Origin: Chitinophagales bacterium
GTDB taxonomy: Bacteria > Bacteroidota > Bacteroidia > Chitinophagales > JADJOU01
Direction of reading: 5' to 3'
DNA length: 64,000 bases
Assembly: GCA_030832185.1 (NCBI GenBank)
Contig: JAURJQ010000022.1
Span: 51,273 to 115,272 of the forward strand
Shown here: one piece after another, positions 59,349-64,000 of the stretch
Position numbering within the stretch: the stretch's first letter is position 1
Layout of the letters: the number at the start of each line of letters is the position of its first letter
The notes under the pieces: generated by a model
What the model saw: only the letters and a program-made list of their open reading frames with translations
What the model was told of the DNA's origin: nothing
Database searches by the model: none
Translations under genes and position numbers: made by a program

Positions 59349-62300
59349 TTATCTATCTACTTTTAGTTTATGAGTTTCTATCACGTTCTCTCCGGTTACG
59401 ACTTCTACAAAATAAATGCCTACAGGAAGATTTTCAATAGATAATTGGTGATAATATTTCTGATCTGGTTCTACCAAAACGCTTTTTCCTGAGATATTAT
59501 AAACACTTAAACTCACTTTTTTATTTGATTTTACACTTAAAAATTCACTACTAGGATTAGGGTAAATCTCTACTTTTGTTTTTTCACTTGAAAGTATACT
59601 GCTTGTACCTCTGACAGTTATTGTTATTTTAGTGGTTGTTTGACACCCTTCCAAACTTTTACCTGTCAATGTATAGGTTATCGTATTATCTGGTCTTACG
59701 CTTAGTCGATTCGTATTACTTCCTGATAACACAAAAGAATTTGGACTCCATGTATACTCATCAGCTCCAGTGGCAGACATTGATACACTCTCACCTTTAT
59801 CTATTGTTTTAGATGCTGGTGAAACCGAAATAACAGGCACAGGATTTACCGTGACATCAAATATAGCTGATTCACAAGTACCATCAGACTTTTTAGCATA
59901 AAATCTATATTGACCGGACGCTGCAGGTCTCAAGGTAAATTTGTTCATTCCATTTTTAGAAATGTCAGGTGAGATATCATTGAAATATTGATCAGCGCCT
60001 TCTGCTGTGATTTCTAGACTCTCCCCTTTGCAAATGGCAGATCCTTTATCTGATGTCAGAGTTAAGCTAGGATTACTAGTTTTTTGCACTGTATTGAGCC
60101 ATAACCCTCTGCCATAAGTTGCCGCAAATATTTTTGAATTAGCAGAACAATCCCCATCGTAGACTATCTCCAAATCTCGCACTGGGGCATTGAGGCTAAG
60201 ACCTTCGCTAAATAAAATCCAACTAGTCATAGTAGAATCTTTATAATAAACACCCGCATCCGTTCCTACATATAGAGCTTCTGGTACATTTTTATCTAAG
60301 GCGATGCAGTTTATAGATAGGTTAGGTAAATTTCCTGAAATATTCGTCCAATTAGCACCTAAATTAGTAGATTTAAATATGCGATTTCCTTTAGAAACAT
60401 ATATAGTGTTGACATCGAGATAACTGGTCTCTATATCCGTAATTTCACCTGTATTAGGAGGGGTTGGTAGACCAGTGAAAGTAGGTGAAGCTGCTAGAAT
60501 GTTGGAAGAATATCTTAAAACTCCATCTTTCCAGCCACAGAAAACATAATTATTATTTACATTAGAAAAGCGCACAGCAGAGCCTTCAACAGAAGAATTG
60601 GTAGTTGCTCTGCTGAAAGAGGGATTTACAGTACCTGTGGCATTTTTAGAAACCCAAACATTCCTATAAATAGCCACTAAAATATTATCGACTCTTGGGT
60701 GCAGGTGATAGGGTGTAACCCATGGGCCTGGCCTTTCATTAATAGAGTTAGCAATGAAATTCCAACTAACCCCATCGTTAATAGAACGATTTAAATCACC
60801 ATACTGTATGCATCCAAACATGACTCTAGTGTCAAAATTACTGATTTCACATTGCATTCCATCACCACCTAATTCAGCAGTCCAGTCGAATTTATTAGTT
60901 CCTGCGCTCGTACCATTGTCTTGCGATCCTGTGATAAATTTAGTTAATGAAGATTGACTAACGCCTAAGTTGTAAAATTGAGCAATGACTAATCCACTAT
61001 TTCTATTATTAATTATTGGAAACAAGTTGTCAACTCCTGAGCCTGAAGGGAGCCTTTCTTCGGCAGTGTAATCTATACCTCCATCACTTCCTATCCATAG
61101 TTCATTGTTAATAGGATTCCTACCGATATAATGGATATCTGCATGAACCCATGGAATAGTCGCGCTGAATGACCAAAATGCTTTACACCTAAATGTTTTA
61201 CCTCCATCGATAGATCGAAATACATTAATACCACCTACATAGACTATATTTGAATCTGATGGACTCGATTCAATGGCTAAATCATACTCTCCCTGACCTG
61301 TGGTACCGGTGCCATTCTGAGAATTGCTCAAAGGGTTATATACGGTTCCACTTAATTGAAGTGCGAAATTAGCTCCTTTATTGGATGATTTATAAAGTCC
61401 CTCCATACCTCTATTAGAATTTACTGCTATCACGTAGACTAAGTCAGGTTGAGCTCTTGTCACTGCTATAGCTAATCTTCTTTTGGATGCTGTAGTAAAT
61501 CCACTAGAAACAATTGACCATGCATTTCCGCCATTTATACTTCTATAAAATGTGCCGCCTGCAGCTGCATATACGAAATTAGTATCTTCGGGATGATAGA
61601 CTGCATCTTTAAAGTCAATTGCTGGCGAAGTTCTTACCCAATTCTGACCTTTATCGTAGGATTTAAATATTCCTTTGCTGGTGGCGGCTACAATTATATT
61701 ATTATCCATTGAATTTACCAAAAGTCTATTGACAACGACATCATTGCCCATACCGGTATTCGATGGCGTAAAACTGACTCCTCCATCCATAGAGACATAA
61801 ACTCCATATCCTGGGGCATCATTCGCATCTCTATCTCCTGTGCCAACTAAAATCAAGGGTGTAGAGTTAACTTCAGGAATAACGGCAATAGCAGAAACTC
61901 CGAATCTTGGTAGATCATCTGTATTGCTTTTTGTCCAGGATTGAGCCTTGTTAGTACTATACCAAAAGCCTCCTGCTGGTGCTCCACAGTATATTATATT
62001 TGGATCATTTGGATGATAGGCTATCACATTGATTCTTCCCACGCCGCGCTGCATAGAGGCTGGTGCAGGATTTTCAAAAGGACCTAAGGAAGTCCATTTC
62101 GGATTTCCACTTCTAGGTGTCAACGAATTGGCTTTAAAATTCGCTAATTCTTTTAGCATAAAATCAGCTGGTCTAAAACTACCATCTGGATTTAATTCTC
62201 TTTTAGCATTATCTGCCCAACGTTCGAATTGCTTGTGTCCTGAACCTCTCACCTTTTCTTTATTGGAGAAATAAAGGTCAAAGGCCCGCTTAGTCTGAAA

Positions 62301-62426
62301 GAAGTTTATATCTCTGCGAAACATCATATCCATCCAGTAAGGCTGATCAATAGTATCCTGCGTAGATTGTGCATTGAGATTTAAGGAGAGGATTCCAAGG
62401 ACGAATACTATCTTGATTTTTTGCAT
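59349..62426 (-). CDS. Secreted BNR/Asp-box (VPS10-like) beta-propeller protein with Ig-like repeats and T9SS CTD
   Basis: About eight S.D/N.G..W/F Asp boxes, HADIH, GSQDNG, ATYGRGLW, and CTD IYPNP...GIYFV. Confidence 0.88.
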   Translation of the reverse strand: MQKIKIVFVLGILSLNLNAQSTQDTIDQPYWMDMMFRRDINFFQTKRAFDLYFSNKEKVRGSGHKQFERWADNAKRELNPDGSFRPADFMLKELANFKANSLTPRSGNPKWTSLGPFENPAPASMQRGVGRINVIAYHPNDPNIIYCGAPAGGFWYSTNKAQSWTKSNTDDLPRFGVSAIAVIPEVNSTPLILVGTGDRDANDAPGYGVYVSMDGGVSFTPSNTGMGNDVVVNRLLVNSMDNNIIVAATSKGIFKSYDKGQNWVRTSPAIDFKDAVYHPEDTNFVYAAAGGTFYRSINGGNAWSIVSSGFTTASKRRLAIAVTRAQPDLVYVIAVNSNRGMEGLYKSSNKGANFALQLSGTVYNPLSNSQNGTGTTGQGEYDLAIESSPSDSNIVYVGGINVFRSIDGGKTFRCKAFWSFSATIPWVHADIHYIGRNPINNELWIGSDGGIDYTAEERLPSGSGVDNLFPIINNRNSGLVIAQFYNLGVSQSSLTKFITGSQDNGTSAGTNKFDWTAELGGDGMQCEISNFDTRVMFGCIQYGDLNRSINDGVSWNFIANSINERPGPWVTPYHLHPRVDNILVAIYRNVWVSKNATGTVNPSFSRATTNSSVEGSAVRFSNVNNNYVFCGWKDGVLRYSSNILAASPTFTGLPTPPNTGEITDIETSYLDVNTIYVSKGNRIFKSTNLGANWTNISGNLPNLSINCIALDKNVPEALYVGTDAGVYYKDSTMTSWILFSEGLSLNAPVRDLEIVYDGDCSANSKIFAATYGRGLWLNTVQKTSNPSLTLTSDKGSAICKGESLEITAEGADQYFNDISPDISKNGMNKFTLRPAASGQYRFYAKKSDGTCESAIFDVTVNPVPVISVSPASKTIDKGESVSMSATGADEYTWSPNSFVLSGSNTNRLSVRPDNTITYTLTGKSLEGCQTTTKITITVRGTSSILSSEKTKVEIYPNPSSEFLSVKSNKKVSLSVYNISGKSVLVEPDQKYYHQLSIENLPVGIYFVEVVTGENVIETHKLKVDR

Positions 62427-62481
62427 CAGTAATTAATCTAATTATAATTTAATTTTCAATCTTTATGTCTAGTAATCTAAG

Positions 62482-64000
62482 TTATTTGACTAGTTCTATT
62501 TTAGTTAATTTTTTAGTGCCCTTTCTACTTTCTAGTGAGAGCAAATAAGTCCCTGCAGCTAAATCTCCAATATTCAATATTTGTTTAGTTTCGAATTGAT
62601 TAAATTCTTTGACCATAGAGCCTGTTAGGGAGTATATTGTTGCACGCATTTCTTCTGTAGTTTCTATATTTAATTCATTGGAAGTTGGAATTGGATAAAT
62701 AACGATATTCGCTAAACTTGAATTTTGCAATGCACTAGGTGGATTCGGATTCTGCTGAACATAAACAATGGCTATACCTTTATTAATGCATCCTTCCTGT
62801 GAGGTTACCTTAACGTTATATACTATATCTGAGTCTGGTTTGACCATAATCATATTAGCGAGATTGGTACCTGAAATATATTTTTTAGGAGTCCATTCGT
62901 AAGTAACACCGCCTGTAGCTGATATCTGAAAAGAATCGCCTCTTTTTATAGTCGATATAGTTGGAGTTATAGTTATCGTTGGAATTGGATTTACATCTAT
63001 GATGATTGAATCTTTTCCTTGGCAACCAAAACTATTTATACCTGTGACAATGTACTTAGTAGTAGCCACTGGTGCAATGATAAATGAATCAAATTTAGGT
63101 TTGGTAGTATTATAAATAGGATCTATATAATAACTAACTCCCCCTGTAGCCTTGATAGCTATTTTTTCACCCGGGCAGATAGCATTAGATACATTTTTAG
63201 TGGCAATAACAAGGGGCAATGGCCTTATAGTAATAGGTATATCCAACGTATCAAAACAACCGACTGTTTCACCGATTACTTTGACGATAGTGGAAGTATT
63301 GGTCGATATACGAACAGATTTTGCATATTCACTACTTACCAAATTTGCTGGCAACCATTTCACCGTATCTGCACCAGAAACTGCCAAATCAACAACTGAT
63401 CCAAGACATGCTTCGGTTTTACCTACCAGATTAAGATTAGCTTGAACTGTACCTACATTTATGGTTTTAGAAACTGAAGTAGAGCAAGGTCCGGTAATAC
63501 CCTGAATAGAATAAATTCTAGATGAAGTAGGAGTGCATACAACTGAATTTCCGATAGTGGTATTTAAAAAAGTAGAAGGACTCCATTTAAACGTATCAGC
63601 ACCACTAGCTGTAAAAGTGACTGATTTACCCAAGCATACTACATTGGGGCCGCTGACAAAAACCGTAGGTTTTGCAATCATAGTAAAATTAATTGAATCT
63701 CGACTAGCAGCACAATAACTTGTATCTAGTGTTCTCAGCATGTACTTTCTAGATTCTATGGGTTTAAAAATAAAACTTGAGGACGATAGTGAGGTAATCC
63801 CTATCGCTGGACTCCAAACTAGACTAGGAATGCTATTGTTTTCATTTACTATCATACTATCTCCGATACACATAGCCTGATTAAAGGATTTAGATAAACT
63901 AAAGTTAGGGATTGTTTTGACGAGGACAGGCAATGAGAATTTTACATCACAAGTCCCACCTTTAACTAGACGAATATTATAAGAACTTGTAGTTGATATT
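62482..64000 (-). CDS. Partial (3' part) secreted protein with ~70-aa Ig-like repeats and T9SS CTD
   Basis: Repeats C.G....ASGA..Y/F.W.P; CTD IYPIP...GTYLL. The frame stays open to the window edge. Confidence 0.85.
   Translation of the reverse strand, partial: ISTTSSYNIRLVKGGTCDVKFSLPVLVKTIPNFSLSKSFNQAMCIGDSMIVNENNSIPSLVWSPAIGITSLSSSSFIFKPIESRKYMLRTLDTSYCAASRDSINFTMIAKPTVFVSGPNVVCLGKSVTFTASGADTFKWSPSTFLNTTIGNSVVCTPTSSRIYSIQGITGPCSTSVSKTINVGTVQANLNLVGKTEACLGSVVDLAVSGADTVKWLPANLVSSEYAKSVRISTNTSTIVKVIGETVGCFDTLDIPITIRPLPLVIATKNVSNAICPGEKIAIKATGGVSYYIDPIYNTTKPKFDSFIIAPVATTKYIVTGINSFGCQGKDSIIIDVNPIPTITITPTISTIKRGDSFQISATGGVTYEWTPKKYISGTNLANMIMVKPDSDIVYNVKVTSQEGCINKGIAIVYVQQNPNPPSALQNSSLANIVIYPIPTSNELNIETTEEMRATIYSLTGSMVKEFNQFETKQILNIGDLAAGTYLLSLESRKGTKKLTKIELVK

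Overview
AT-rich (roughly 35% GC by eye) chromosomal window from a Bacteroidota bacterium. The assignment rests on TAnnTTTG -7 promoter motifs, T9SS-type C-terminal domains, a type-B L31, the dapB-DUF5683-parB-parA synteny and a Bacteroidota-type SRP RNA. Most of the window is densely packed housekeeping genes (dapB, parAB, ribD, mce, recX, ruvX, def, der, era, tsaE, fmt, cinA, pyrC, purQ/E/K, aroE, mlaEF). It also carries secreted T9SS cargo, a cobalamin riboswitch with a TonB-dependent receptor, and a complete cyanophycin cluster (cphA, cphB, isoaspartyl peptidase). No CRISPR array, prophage, transposase, tRNA or rRNA was seen. Best leads: an unexplained structured intergenic RNA candidate with its own promoter motif (46311-46470); a tandem pair of ~60-aa paralogous lipoproteins with repeated O-glycosylation sequons, one of them missed by the ORF track; era and a TauE gene whose conserved N-termini have no ATG/GTG/TTG start; several apparently leaderless genes; and a B12 module with uncharacterised DUF6580-like and Cys-rich partners. 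All family assignments are from motif recognition by eye, not database searches.
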